Shown piece after piece: positions 36,183-45,061 of a stretch of DNA of 64,000 nt. Source of the DNA: an uncultured Candidatus Saccharibacteria bacterium. GTDB taxonomy: Bacteria; Patescibacteriota; Doudnabacteria; UBA920. The stretch covers positions 5,354 to 69,353 of the forward strand of contig CAZRKK010000002.1 in the NCBI GenBank assembly GCA_964600695.1. The letters run 5' to 3'. Below the pieces are notes generated by a model, which was not told where the DNA came from, did no database searches, and saw only the letters and a program-made list of their open reading frames with translations. Both the position numbers and the translations under genes were made by a program. How positions within the stretch are numbered: position 1 is the first letter of the stretch; every line of letters begins with the position of its first letter.

Positions 36183-37049
36183 ATGTTAGTTCATATCAAA
36201 GAACTTTTCAACTCAGAAGTTAGGGGAAAGTTTGCTTACCCAGCCTTCAATACTATGAATCTCGAAATAACTCGAGGTATTATTGAAGCTGCCGAGGAAT
36301 TAAATACTCCAATTATTATAGAGACAAGTGAAGGAGCCATTAAGTATGCTGGGCTTGAGCCTATGTTCGAAATAATTGCTAGCCTTGCAATTAAAGCCAA
36401 GATTCCAGTAGCTTTGCATATGGATCATGGTAAAGATATGGAACAGTTGCAGAGAGGTATTGAACTCGGATATTCTTCAGTGATGATTGATCATTCTTCT
36501 TTACCTATTAATGAGAATATAAAGAACACCAAAGCAATGGTTGAATTTGCACATAAGGAAGGCGCTTGGGTTCAGGGTGAAGTGGGCCGTATCCGTGGAA
36601 GTGAAGACTGGGTGTCTGTATCTGAGAGTGAAAGTTTGCTGACTGAGCCCCAAGAAGCTTTAAAATTTTGGCAGGACACCAATGTTGATAGTTTAGCTTG
36701 TTCTTTTGGTACAATTCACGGTATTATTAAGATGAGTGGAAAGGCTGAAGCTAATGTAGACATCGACCGCATTAAACAGGTGTCTGAACTAGTTCCAGTT
36801 CCTTTAGTGTTACATGGTGCAAGCGGTGTACCTGATGATGTGATCGCCAATGCAATTAAAGCCGGCATCAGTATTATTAATATTGATACGGAGTTAAGGA
36901 TAGGGTTCACTAAAAATTTAAGACAGGCGTTATTAGAGCATCCTGATGAAGTTGACCCAAGAAAATATTTAACACCGGCAATTGAAGGTGTTAAGGATGC
37001 AGCAAAAAAGAAGTTATTAGCATTTAAAACAATTAATCAACTTAATTAA
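36183..37049 (+). CDS. fba: Class II fructose-bisphosphate aldolase.
   Basis: ALHMDHG, zinc-ligand His residues, GEVGRIRGSED motifs. Confidence 0.85.
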   Translation: MLVHIKELFNSEVRGKFAYPAFNTMNLEITRGIIEAAEELNTPIIIETSEGAIKYAGLEPMFEIIASLAIKAKIPVALHMDHGKDMEQLQRGIELGYSSVMIDHSSLPINENIKNTKAMVEFAHKEGAWVQGEVGRIRGSEDWVSVSESESLLTEPQEALKFWQDTNVDSLACSFGTIHGIIKMSGKAEANVDIDRIKQVSELVPVPLVLHGASGVPDDVIANAIKAGISIINIDTELRIGFTKNLRQALLEHPDEVDPRKYLTPAIEGVKDAAKKKLLAFKTINQLN

Positions 37050-37050
37050 T

Positions 37051-37284
37051 ATGGGAATGGCTGGTTCCGGTTTATCGGACAAAAATGTAAGGTTACGTTT
37101 TTTAATCTATATTTTCATGGGGGTAATTGCTCTCGGTTCTGTGATGTATTGGAAAGTTAAACTTTTTGAGAATTCAGAATATGTAGAACTGACTTTCGGT
37201 ACTCATAAAGAAAAAGATCCATCACTCTTACAATCAGAAAATTATCAAATCGAAACATTCGAGACTTCACCAAGTGTAAAGTAG
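37051..37284 (+). CDS. Small hypothetical membrane protein (77 aa).
   Basis: One TM (FLIYIFMGVIALGSVMYW). Start codon abuts the fba stop. Confidence 0.3.
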   Translation: MGMAGSGLSDKNVRLRFLIYIFMGVIALGSVMYWKVKLFENSEYVELTFGTHKEKDPSLLQSENYQIETFETSPSVK

Positions 37285-37334
37285 TTATACGTAGCAACGC
37301 AAATAGACCGTAGTATTGAAATAAAAATAATAAA

Positions 37335-38366
37335 ATGCAAAATAAAATTAAAATTGGTATCAATGGATTTGGTCGTATAGGGCGACAGGCTTTTAAAATT
37401 GCTTTAGATAAACCAGAAATCGAGATTGTGGCGATAAATGATTTAACTAGCCCAGCAAGTTTGGCTCATCTTTTAAAATACGATAGTAACTATGGGAAGT
37501 TTGATCATACTATAGAGTCAAACGAAACTCATTTAATTGTAAATGGTAAAAGTTATTTAGTGACTGCAGAAAAAGATCCCGCTAACTTGCCTTGGGGCAA
37601 GCTTGGTGTAGATGTAGTTATCGAAAGTACAGGTAGATTTACAAGTGGAGAAAAGGCTAGTGGTCATTTAGCTGCGGGCGCGAAGAGGGTAATTATTTCT
37701 GCTCCAGCTAAAGATGAAGGTATTACTAAGACATATGTTTTAGGGGTAAACGAAGATGCTTATACCGACGAGGCTATCATTAGCAATGCCTCTTGCACCA
37801 CAAACTGTATTGCTCCTGTAGCGGCTGTTATGCATGCAAAGTTTGGAATCGAGAAAGCTATGATGACTACCATTCATAGTTACACAGCCGAACAAAACTT
37901 AGTAGATGGTCCTCCTCCAGGAGGGCACTCCGAAGATTTTCGTAGAGCACGAGCAGCAGCGGTAAATATTGTACCAACTACCACTGGGGCAGCTATTTCT
38001 GCCACAGAAACAATTCCAGAATTAAAAGGTTTGTTTGATGGTATGGCTATTCGCGTGCCTACTCCTGTTGGAAGTTTAACCGATTTTACCATGTTGTTAA
38101 AAAAAGATGTTACGGTCGAGGAAGTTAATCAAGCGTTTATAGATGCAACTACTCATCCTTTATACAAAGGCGTGTTAGTAGTAACAGATGAACAATTGGT
38201 TTCTTCTGATATCGTTGGTAACCCTGCTTCGGCTATTGTAGATTTATCTTTAACTAAAGTTACTGCCGGTAATTTTGTAAAAGTAATTGCTTGGTATGAT
38301 AATGAATTTGGTTATTCCAATAGACTTGTCGAACAAGTAATTTTAGTTGGCCAGAGTATTAAGTAG
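37335..38366 (+). CDS. gap: Glyceraldehyde-3-phosphate dehydrogenase.
   Basis: INGFGRIGR, ASCTTNCIAPV motifs. Confidence 0.95.
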   Translation: MQNKIKIGINGFGRIGRQAFKIALDKPEIEIVAINDLTSPASLAHLLKYDSNYGKFDHTIESNETHLIVNGKSYLVTAEKDPANLPWGKLGVDVVIESTGRFTSGEKASGHLAAGAKRVIISAPAKDEGITKTYVLGVNEDAYTDEAIISNASCTTNCIAPVAAVMHAKFGIEKAMMTTIHSYTAEQNLVDGPPPGGHSEDFRRARAAAVNIVPTTTGAAISATETIPELKGLFDGMAIRVPTPVGSLTDFTMLLKKDVTVEEVNQAFIDATTHPLYKGVLVVTDEQLVSSDIVGNPASAIVDLSLTKVTAGNFVKVIAWYDNEFGYSNRLVEQVILVGQSIK

Positions 38367-38373
38367 GTAAAGT

Positions 38374-38404
38374 GTAAAAAAAAAGAGCAGAAATTTCTGC
38401 TCTG
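38374..38404 (-). terminator. Intrinsic terminator for a minus-strand micro-gene. On the minus strand the hairpin gagcagaaa/tttctgctc is followed by a U-run.
   Basis: The plus-strand A-run at 38375-38384 becomes a T-run on the minus strand directly after the hairpin. Confidence 0.45.
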
Positions 38405-38422
38405 GATGAGGTGTAATTTGTT

Positions 38423-38509
38423 TTAGTTAGGGAGAAAGCTTATCCCTACGGCAAGAATTACAATCCCAAATAAGTAAGCGATGATTAAAATTTTAATATC
38501 TTTTCTCAT
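38423..38509 (-). CDS. Candidate 28-aa hydrophobic micro-protein (MRKDIKILIIAYLFGIVILAVGISFLPN) on the minus strand between gap and pgk.
   Basis: SD GGAGG 6 nt upstream of the ATG (minus strand). Single TM helix. Own intrinsic terminator. Confidence 0.4.
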   Translation of the reverse strand: MRKDIKILIIAYLFGIVILAVGISFLPN

Positions 38510-38574
38510 TTGTCCTCCAGTCGATCGATGTAATAATTGATGTAGCACTAGTATTAAATCATAAATTATCAATT

Positions 38575-39822
38575 TTGTCAATAGAAAGCTTAACAAATAT
38601 TCTTAAAAAAGATGCAAAATCTCTCAAAAATAAGAGAGTTTTGTTAAGATTAGATTTAAACGAAGAGATATCCACAACTGGTAAGTTGCTAGATAATTTT
38701 AGGATTCAGTCGGCAATACCTACAATAAAAATTTTGCGTTCTGCTGGTGCAAAAATCATTATCGTCTCTCATTTGGGTCGGCCAGAAGGGAAGTGGGGTA
38801 CTAGCTTGTCCTTAAAACCAATCGCTAATTGTTTAGCAGAGATGTTGGATTATAAGTACGTAGAGACTGATGGTAAGTTACCGACATATTCAATTCCACA
38901 TCTCGTACTTTTTAAAAATGATATTACCAAGCCTGAGTCTTTAGAATTTCTAAATGATCAGTCAGCTCAGGATATTGTGATGTTAGAAAATATTCGCTTT
39001 TACGAAGGCGAAGATCTAAACTCAGATATTTTTTCGGAACAACTTTCTAAGACAGCTGATTTATTTGTTAATGATGCGTTTAGTGTTTGTCATAGAGCAG
39101 CTGCTTCTGTAGTTGGGGTTACTAAATACCTACCTAGTAGTGCAGGGCCCTTACTAGAAAAAGAAATTAAAGCACTAGAGTTCATGCTTTCTAATAAAGT
39201 TGCAAAACCATTTGTTCTTATGATGGGCGGAATTAAGATTGCCGACAAAGAACAAACTTTGCGTAACCTTGGTAAGCGAGCCGACAAGATTTTACTTGCC
39301 GGTGGTTTGGCTAATTTGTTTTTAAAAGCTCAGGGTTATGATGTTGGTGTTGATGTTGCAGATAAAAAAAGCCTGGCTTTAGCCAAAGAGTTATTACTAA
39401 ATTTTAAATCAAAACTAGTATTACCTTCTGATGTTGCAGTTAAAACTATCAAAGCCCCAAATCAGGCACAAGCTAAACAGTTATCAGAAATTGTGGCTAC
39501 AGATAAACTTTATGATATTGGTCCGCAATCAATTTTGGCTTTTAGCAAGATATTAAAAACTGCTGGAACAATTTGTTGGAATGGCCCACTAGGGTATTTT
39601 GAGGATAAGTCTTTTCGGGCGGGGACAATGGCTATCTCCAATGTTATAGGTGGTTTAGGTAAACGCAAAGCTTACGTATTGGTAGGTGGTGGTGAAACCG
39701 TTGCCTCTGTTAGGTTGGCTGGCCAGTTAGAACACATTGACCATGTGTCTACAGGTGGTGGTGCTATGCTAGAATTTTTAGCCGGTGCTAAACTTCCTGG
39801 AATTGAAGCCTTAAGAAAATAA
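38575..39822 (+). CDS. pgk: Phosphoglycerate kinase.
   Basis: KRVLLRLDLN, SHLGRPEG motifs. Apparent TTG start, with no in-frame ATG before the conserved N-terminus. Confidence 0.9.
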   Translation: MSIESLTNILKKDAKSLKNKRVLLRLDLNEEISTTGKLLDNFRIQSAIPTIKILRSAGAKIIIVSHLGRPEGKWGTSLSLKPIANCLAEMLDYKYVETDGKLPTYSIPHLVLFKNDITKPESLEFLNDQSAQDIVMLENIRFYEGEDLNSDIFSEQLSKTADLFVNDAFSVCHRAAASVVGVTKYLPSSAGPLLEKEIKALEFMLSNKVAKPFVLMMGGIKIADKEQTLRNLGKRADKILLAGGLANLFLKAQGYDVGVDVADKKSLALAKELLLNFKSKLVLPSDVAVKTIKAPNQAQAKQLSEIVATDKLYDIGPQSILAFSKILKTAGTICWNGPLGYFEDKSFRAGTMAISNVIGGLGKRKAYVLVGGGETVASVRLAGQLEHIDHVSTGGGAMLEFLAGAKLPGIEALRK

Positions 39823-39833
39823 TTTTTCTCTAT

Positions 39834-41087
39834 ATGATTTCCAAAATTAGCAAAATTACTGCTCGCCAAATTTTAGATAGCAGAGGCAATCCAACCTTAG
39901 AGGTTAGTGTGTATGCCGGTAAATCTTTTGCTGTGGCGTCTGTACCAAGTGGAGCCTCGACAGGAAGTCACGAGGCAGTAGAATTACGCGATGGCGGCAA
40001 AGCTTGGCGCGGTTTAGGGGTGCAAAAAGCAGTAAAAAACGTCGAGAAAATCATCACTCCCTTATTAAAAAATATTTCGGTTTTTGACCAAATGGAAATT
40101 GATAGACTAATGTTGGCTAAAGATAATACACCCGACAAGCGACGCTTAGGAGCCAATGCAATATTAGGAGTATCGTTGGCGGTATCACGCTTAGCTGCGC
40201 AATTAAAAAATCAAACTTTATATAATTATTTAGCTAAGACCTATCAGTTTAAAAAACCTTCCTCTCTACCAACACCTTTACTAAATGTTTTAAATGGAGG
40301 ACTTCATGCTGATTCTGGCACAGACGTGCAGGAGTTCTTCTTTATTCCAAAGCGGGGAAAATTTGCCCAAAAGTTAGAAATTGGTAGCCAAGCTATATCT
40401 GCATTAAAACAACTAATAAAAAAGAAAAAACTTTCTGTTGGTTTAGGTGACGAAGGTGGATTTGCTCCTAAGGTTCATTCTAACGAGAAGGCTTTACGTT
40501 TATTACTGGCTGCTGTGCATAAAGCTAAGTTTCGTTTAGGGAAAGATATCGCCTTAGGTATCGATGCTGCTGCCAGTGAATTTTTTGATGCCGAGAGAGA
40601 AGTCTATAATTTTAGTTCTGATAACAAACATTACAAACCTGCAAGTGTTTATAAGTTATATGCAAGTTGGGTAAAACGATTTGGTTTAGAAATAATCGAA
40701 GACGGATGCGCCGAGGATGATTTTGCGGGTTGGCAAAAGTTAACTTCAGCTTTAGGGGATAATATAACTCTGGTAGGTGATGATTTGTTTGTAACAAACC
40801 CTGCACGACTACAGGCTGGAATAATTTCTGGAATAGCTAACAGTGTACTAATTAAACCAAACCAAATTGGATCGGTGTCGGAAACAATGGCAACGATTAA
40901 GTTGGCCAAAAAGTTTAATTATAAAGTTGTCATTTCACATCGAAGCGGGGAAACGGCCGATGATTTTATTGCCGATTTAGCAGTTGCGGTTGGCGCGGAT
41001 TATATCAAGGCAGGTAGCTTAGCTCGAGGGGAGCGTTTAGCAAAGTATAATCGATTATTAAAAATTGCCGACGAACTTAAGCAGTAG
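39834..41087 (+). CDS. eno: Enolase.
   Basis: ILDSRGNPTLEV, SHRSGETAD motifs. Confidence 0.95.
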   Translation: MISKISKITARQILDSRGNPTLEVSVYAGKSFAVASVPSGASTGSHEAVELRDGGKAWRGLGVQKAVKNVEKIITPLLKNISVFDQMEIDRLMLAKDNTPDKRRLGANAILGVSLAVSRLAAQLKNQTLYNYLAKTYQFKKPSSLPTPLLNVLNGGLHADSGTDVQEFFFIPKRGKFAQKLEIGSQAISALKQLIKKKKLSVGLGDEGGFAPKVHSNEKALRLLLAAVHKAKFRLGKDIALGIDAAASEFFDAEREVYNFSSDNKHYKPASVYKLYASWVKRFGLEIIEDGCAEDDFAGWQKLTSALGDNITLVGDDLFVTNPARLQAGIISGIANSVLIKPNQIGSVSETMATIKLAKKFNYKVVISHRSGETADDFIADLAVAVGADYIKAGSLARGERLAKYNRLLKIADELKQ

Positions 41088-41115
41088 AGCTTAGTTACGG
41101 GAACTTAATTTATAA

Positions 41116-42735
41116 ATGAAAAGAGTTTACAAAAAAATTGTCTTGGTGGTCTTAGATGGATTTGGTGTGGCTACATACAGTCACGGTAATGCCATTGCTT
41201 TGGCTAATCCAGAGGCGATGAACGATCTCATTGCTCACTATCCATCGTTAACTTTATTGGCTTCTGGTCCAGTGGTTGGTTTGCCGTGGGGTGAAGTAGG
41301 TAACTCTGAAGTTGGTCATTTGAATATGGGAGCTGGTAGGGTTGTTGGCCAAGATTTGCCGCGTATTAATGCGGCAATTTCGGACCATTCATTTTTAAGC
41401 AACCCAGTCTTTTTAGAAGCAATTGAGCATGCTCGAAAAAATAACTCAAAACTACATTTAGTTGGGTTGGTGAGTGACGGTGGTGTTCACAGTAGTTGTG
41501 AGCATTTATACGCGCTATTGGGTGTGGCAGCCGAGCAACAGTTTAATGAGGTTTATATCCATATGTTTACTGATGGACGTGATACAGGGCCAAAAGTCGC
41601 CTTAGAAAGCATTGCTAAACTCAAAGACACAATTGCGAAATTAGGTGTAGGGAAAATTGCTACAATCGCTGGGCGATTTTATGGCATGGACCGTGGTAAG
41701 CATTGGGATCAAACTGAAGCTATGTATAGAGCAATGGTTAAAGGCGCAGGTGCTGCTGCGGACTCTGCAGAAGATGCAATTTTAAATAACTATAATCAAA
41801 ATATTTTTGATGAAATGATTCCACCTACGGTAATTGTTTCTAGGGGTGAAGATGGAAGTATTAAACCTACTGGTGTTGTTTCTAGTAATGATGCAATAAT
41901 ATTTTTTAATTTTCGATCTGATCGAGCTATTCAGTTAACTAAAGCATTTGTGGTCCCACAGGATATGGATATCGAAAAAAAGCACCCTCCTTTGGATAAT
42001 TTATATTTTGCCACTATGACTGAGTATCTTAGTAACTTGCCGGTTCATGTGGCTTTTGCTCAACAGAATCTAAAAAATAATTTGGCCGAAGCTTTATCTA
42101 CCAGAGGAATTCGTCAGTATCACATTGCGGAAAGCGAAAAATTTGCTCACGTCACTTCATTCTTCAATGGGGGAGTAAGTGAGCCGTTTGCGGGTGAGGA
42201 GCGTACTATTGTGCAAAGCCCTATCAATGATAAGAATTATGTGGATCGACCTCAGATGTCGGGAATCGAAGTTGCAGACAAGTTAGTTCATAAGATTATG
42301 GAAGAAGACTTTCAATTCTATTTAGCTAACTTTGCAAACTCAGATATGGTTGGTCATACAGGGAATATTACTGCTGGGATTAAGGCTGTGCAGTATCTAG
42401 ATCGTTTCTTAGAACAAATTCGTAAGGCTGTGCTAAGTGTTGATGGTTTATTAATCATTAGTGCCGACCATGGTAACATCGAAGAAATGATCGACCGTAA
42501 GACTGGTGATATAAACACAGAGCATAGTACTAGCCCAGTTCCATTTATTGCCATGGCTAAAGACTTAGCTTTTCCTGTAGCTAAGAATCGTAACTATTTA
42601 TCATTATCCAGTATGATGCCTTCTGGGGTAGTTTCTGATATTGCGCCAACCATCCTAGAATTTTTTGGTATTCCTAAGCCAGCAGAGATGACTTCTGTAA
42701 GTTTAGTGGATCAAATCGAGGCCCAGCTAAAATAG
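41116..42735 (+). CDS. gpmI: 2,3-bisphosphoglycerate-independent phosphoglycerate mutase.
   Basis: VLVVLDGFG, SEVGHLNMGAGR, ADHGN motifs. Confidence 0.9.
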   Translation: MKRVYKKIVLVVLDGFGVATYSHGNAIALANPEAMNDLIAHYPSLTLLASGPVVGLPWGEVGNSEVGHLNMGAGRVVGQDLPRINAAISDHSFLSNPVFLEAIEHARKNNSKLHLVGLVSDGGVHSSCEHLYALLGVAAEQQFNEVYIHMFTDGRDTGPKVALESIAKLKDTIAKLGVGKIATIAGRFYGMDRGKHWDQTEAMYRAMVKGAGAAADSAEDAILNNYNQNIFDEMIPPTVIVSRGEDGSIKPTGVVSSNDAIIFFNFRSDRAIQLTKAFVVPQDMDIEKKHPPLDNLYFATMTEYLSNLPVHVAFAQQNLKNNLAEALSTRGIRQYHIAESEKFAHVTSFFNGGVSEPFAGEERTIVQSPINDKNYVDRPQMSGIEVADKLVHKIMEEDFQFYLANFANSDMVGHTGNITAGIKAVQYLDRFLEQIRKAVLSVDGLLIISADHGNIEEMIDRKTGDINTEHSTSPVPFIAMAKDLAFPVAKNRNYLSLSSMMPSGVVSDIAPTILEFFGIPKPAEMTSVSLVDQIEAQLK

Positions 42736-42771
42736 TGTTGTCGAGTTGGGAGGTTGTGTTATGATGCCTAT

Positions 42772-44667
42772 ATGGCAAAATACTGGCAATTAAAACAACC
42801 TGTTCCACCGGCAATTTTGGAACAATTTCCAGAAATTTCTACACTGCAAGTGCAGTTGCTTTATAATTTGGGCTTATCCGATCCAGATCGTGTGGATTGG
42901 TTTTTAAATCCTGATTATCATAATCTATACGACCCATTTTTATTCGGACAAATGCAGACTGCAGTCGACAGGACTTGGGAGGCTATAGAAAAAGGCGAAA
43001 AAATCCTAATTTATGGAGATTATGACGCCGACGCTGTGACTGCCAATGCCGTTCTTCAACAAACTTTTCGATATTTAGGTATAAATGATGTAGAAAGTTA
43101 TATCCCAGACCGTTTTTCTGAAGGATATGGGCTTAACTTAGAGGCTTTTCAAAAAATTAAGGACATGGGGGTAAAGTTAGTAATTACGGTTGATTGTGGG
43201 ACAAACTCTGTTGAAGAAGCCAAATTTTGCAAAGCTAATGGCATTGATTTAATTATCACCGATCATCACGAAATTACTGGGGATATCCCGGACAGTTTTG
43301 CTTTGGTTAATCCAAAAAACCCAGAAGAACTTTATCCAGATAAACAGGTAACTGGTGTGGGGGTGGCCTATAAATTTGCTAAGGCTCTATTAAGTAATCA
43401 TGAAAAAGTTATTGCTCAAAAGAAAATTGAACCAGACCAACATAATCCGGAATGGGATAAATGGTTATTAGATTTAGTTGCTATTGGTACCGTTGCAGAT
43501 TGTCATTCTTTACTTGGAGAAAATAGAATCTTAGTAAAGTTTGGATTAAAGGTTTTACAAAAGACTCGCTGGTTAGGCCTTCGTTTATTAATAGAGAATG
43601 CAGGCTTAGATTTTCGTAAGAAAACTCCCGACTCAATCACAATTGGTTTTAATATTGCACCGCGTATCAATGCCGCAGGACGTTTAGAACATGCCGACAT
43701 TGCGTTAAAATTACTTACCACTACCGATTATGCAGAGGGTATTGATCTTGCCAATCGTATCGAAGAAATTAACCGTCGACGTCAAGATATTACCGCGCGG
43801 ATAGTTTCTGAGGCAAAAGAAAAAGCGGCATTAATATCTGATCGAAAAATTTTAGTGTTAGCCGATGAGGCTTGGCCAAAAGGAGTTGTAGGGATTGTTG
43901 CCGGAAAATTAGCCGACCATTATAAGAAACCAGTTATTGTAATGCAAAAGGGCGAAACTGAATCTACAGGATCCGCTCGCACAGCTCGCGGGTTTGATAT
44001 TGTTTCGGCTCTTATTGCTTGTCGAGAAAAGATTAAAAAATTTGGTGGTCACAAGGAGGCCGCTGGTCTGACAGTGGAGAACGATAAGATGGATGAGTTT
44101 TACATGGAGCTGCTTAAATATACAGAACTTCATTGGCCAGAAGAATTACCTCCAGCTATTTTAGAACTAGATGCTGAATTATCAGAAACAGATTTATCTT
44201 TTGATCGATATGCTGAAATCGAAGCCTTAGAACCCTATGGAGCAGGAAACCCTAAACCAAAGTTTATTTTGGCAGAAAGCACTGTAATTTCTCATCGATT
44301 GGTTGGGGCTACTAGTCAGCATTTGCAGTTACAAGTATTATGCGGCGAAACTTTACTAGAAACTATTGGTTTTAGTATGGCGTACGCGGCAATTGGTTTA
44401 GAAGCTGGGAAGGAAGTCTCTCTTGCTGGAGAGCTAATGGTCGACAGTTGGAATGGAACAAAAAAGTTAAAAATGCGCCTAATTGATGTTAAACTTAAAG
44501 AGGCTCTGGAAGAGGCAGAAGCCATTGCAGTGCCGGACGTAGAAGTAGTCTCGGGCGTAGAAGTAGCCTCGGAAGCAGTTGAAGCGCCGATCGCCGTAGC
44601 GCCGGCAGCGTCAGAGTCAAATTTAGAAACAATAACCTTAAAACAAAATGAAGAAATTACAGCTTAG
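42772..44667 (+). CDS. recJ: Single-stranded-DNA-specific exonuclease RecJ (DHH/DHHA1).
   Basis: GDYDADAVTA, ITVDCGT, ITDHHE motifs. The C-terminal ~35 aa is a repetitive Val/Glu/Ala tail encoded by GC-rich repeats. The start could alternatively be TTG 42754. Confidence 0.85.
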   Translation: MAKYWQLKQPVPPAILEQFPEISTLQVQLLYNLGLSDPDRVDWFLNPDYHNLYDPFLFGQMQTAVDRTWEAIEKGEKILIYGDYDADAVTANAVLQQTFRYLGINDVESYIPDRFSEGYGLNLEAFQKIKDMGVKLVITVDCGTNSVEEAKFCKANGIDLIITDHHEITGDIPDSFALVNPKNPEELYPDKQVTGVGVAYKFAKALLSNHEKVIAQKKIEPDQHNPEWDKWLLDLVAIGTVADCHSLLGENRILVKFGLKVLQKTRWLGLRLLIENAGLDFRKKTPDSITIGFNIAPRINAAGRLEHADIALKLLTTTDYAEGIDLANRIEEINRRRQDITARIVSEAKEKAALISDRKILVLADEAWPKGVVGIVAGKLADHYKKPVIVMQKGETESTGSARTARGFDIVSALIACREKIKKFGGHKEAAGLTVENDKMDEFYMELLKYTELHWPEELPPAILELDAELSETDLSFDRYAEIEALEPYGAGNPKPKFILAESTVISHRLVGATSQHLQLQVLCGETLLETIGFSMAYAAIGLEAGKEVSLAGELMVDSWNGTKKLKMRLIDVKLKEALEEAEAIAVPDVEVVSGVEVASEAVEAPIAVAPAASESNLETITLKQNEEITA

Positions 44668-45058
44668 TACAGATGGTGGAGCAAGGGGTAACCCTGGTCC
44701 GGCAGGTGCTGGTTTAGTTATAAAAGATGAGAATGGCAATATACTTCTTGAGCACGGTCAGTACTTAGGAGAGACTACTAATAATGTAGCCGAGTATTCT
44801 GCGCTAATAGAGGCTCTGAAGTTTGCAAAAACACTAGGCGGCACCGACTTGGAAATTTTTATGGATTCCGAGTTGATTGTTAAGCAAATGTTGGGTCAGT
44901 ATAAAATAAAACAGCCTCATCTGCAGGAATTGGCTGTTAAGGTTAAAGCTTTGCTAGCGGAATTTGATAGCTATACTTTTAAACATATTTTGCGTGAGTA
45001 TAACAAGGAAGCCGATCGAATGGTTAATCAAGCTATCGATCAAGCATTGGGGCTCTGA
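44648..45058 (+). CDS. rnhA: Ribonuclease HI-like protein (RNase H type 1).
   Basis: TDGGARGNPGPAG, TNNVAEYSALI, DSELIV, NKEADR motifs. 20-nt overlap with recJ. Confidence 0.8.
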   Translation: MKKLQLSTDGGARGNPGPAGAGLVIKDENGNILLEHGQYLGETTNNVAEYSALIEALKFAKTLGGTDLEIFMDSELIVKQMLGQYKIKQPHLQELAVKVKALLAEFDSYTFKHILREYNKEADRMVNQAIDQALGL

Positions 45059-45061
45059 GTT

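Noticed and set aside
42747-42775. SD-like GGGAGG upstream of recJ, used to try to fix the start codon.
   Set aside because: Spacing is 1 nt to the TTG at 42754 and 19 nt to the ATG at 42772. Neither is canonical. The start is left at the first in-frame ATG (42772) with reduced certainty.
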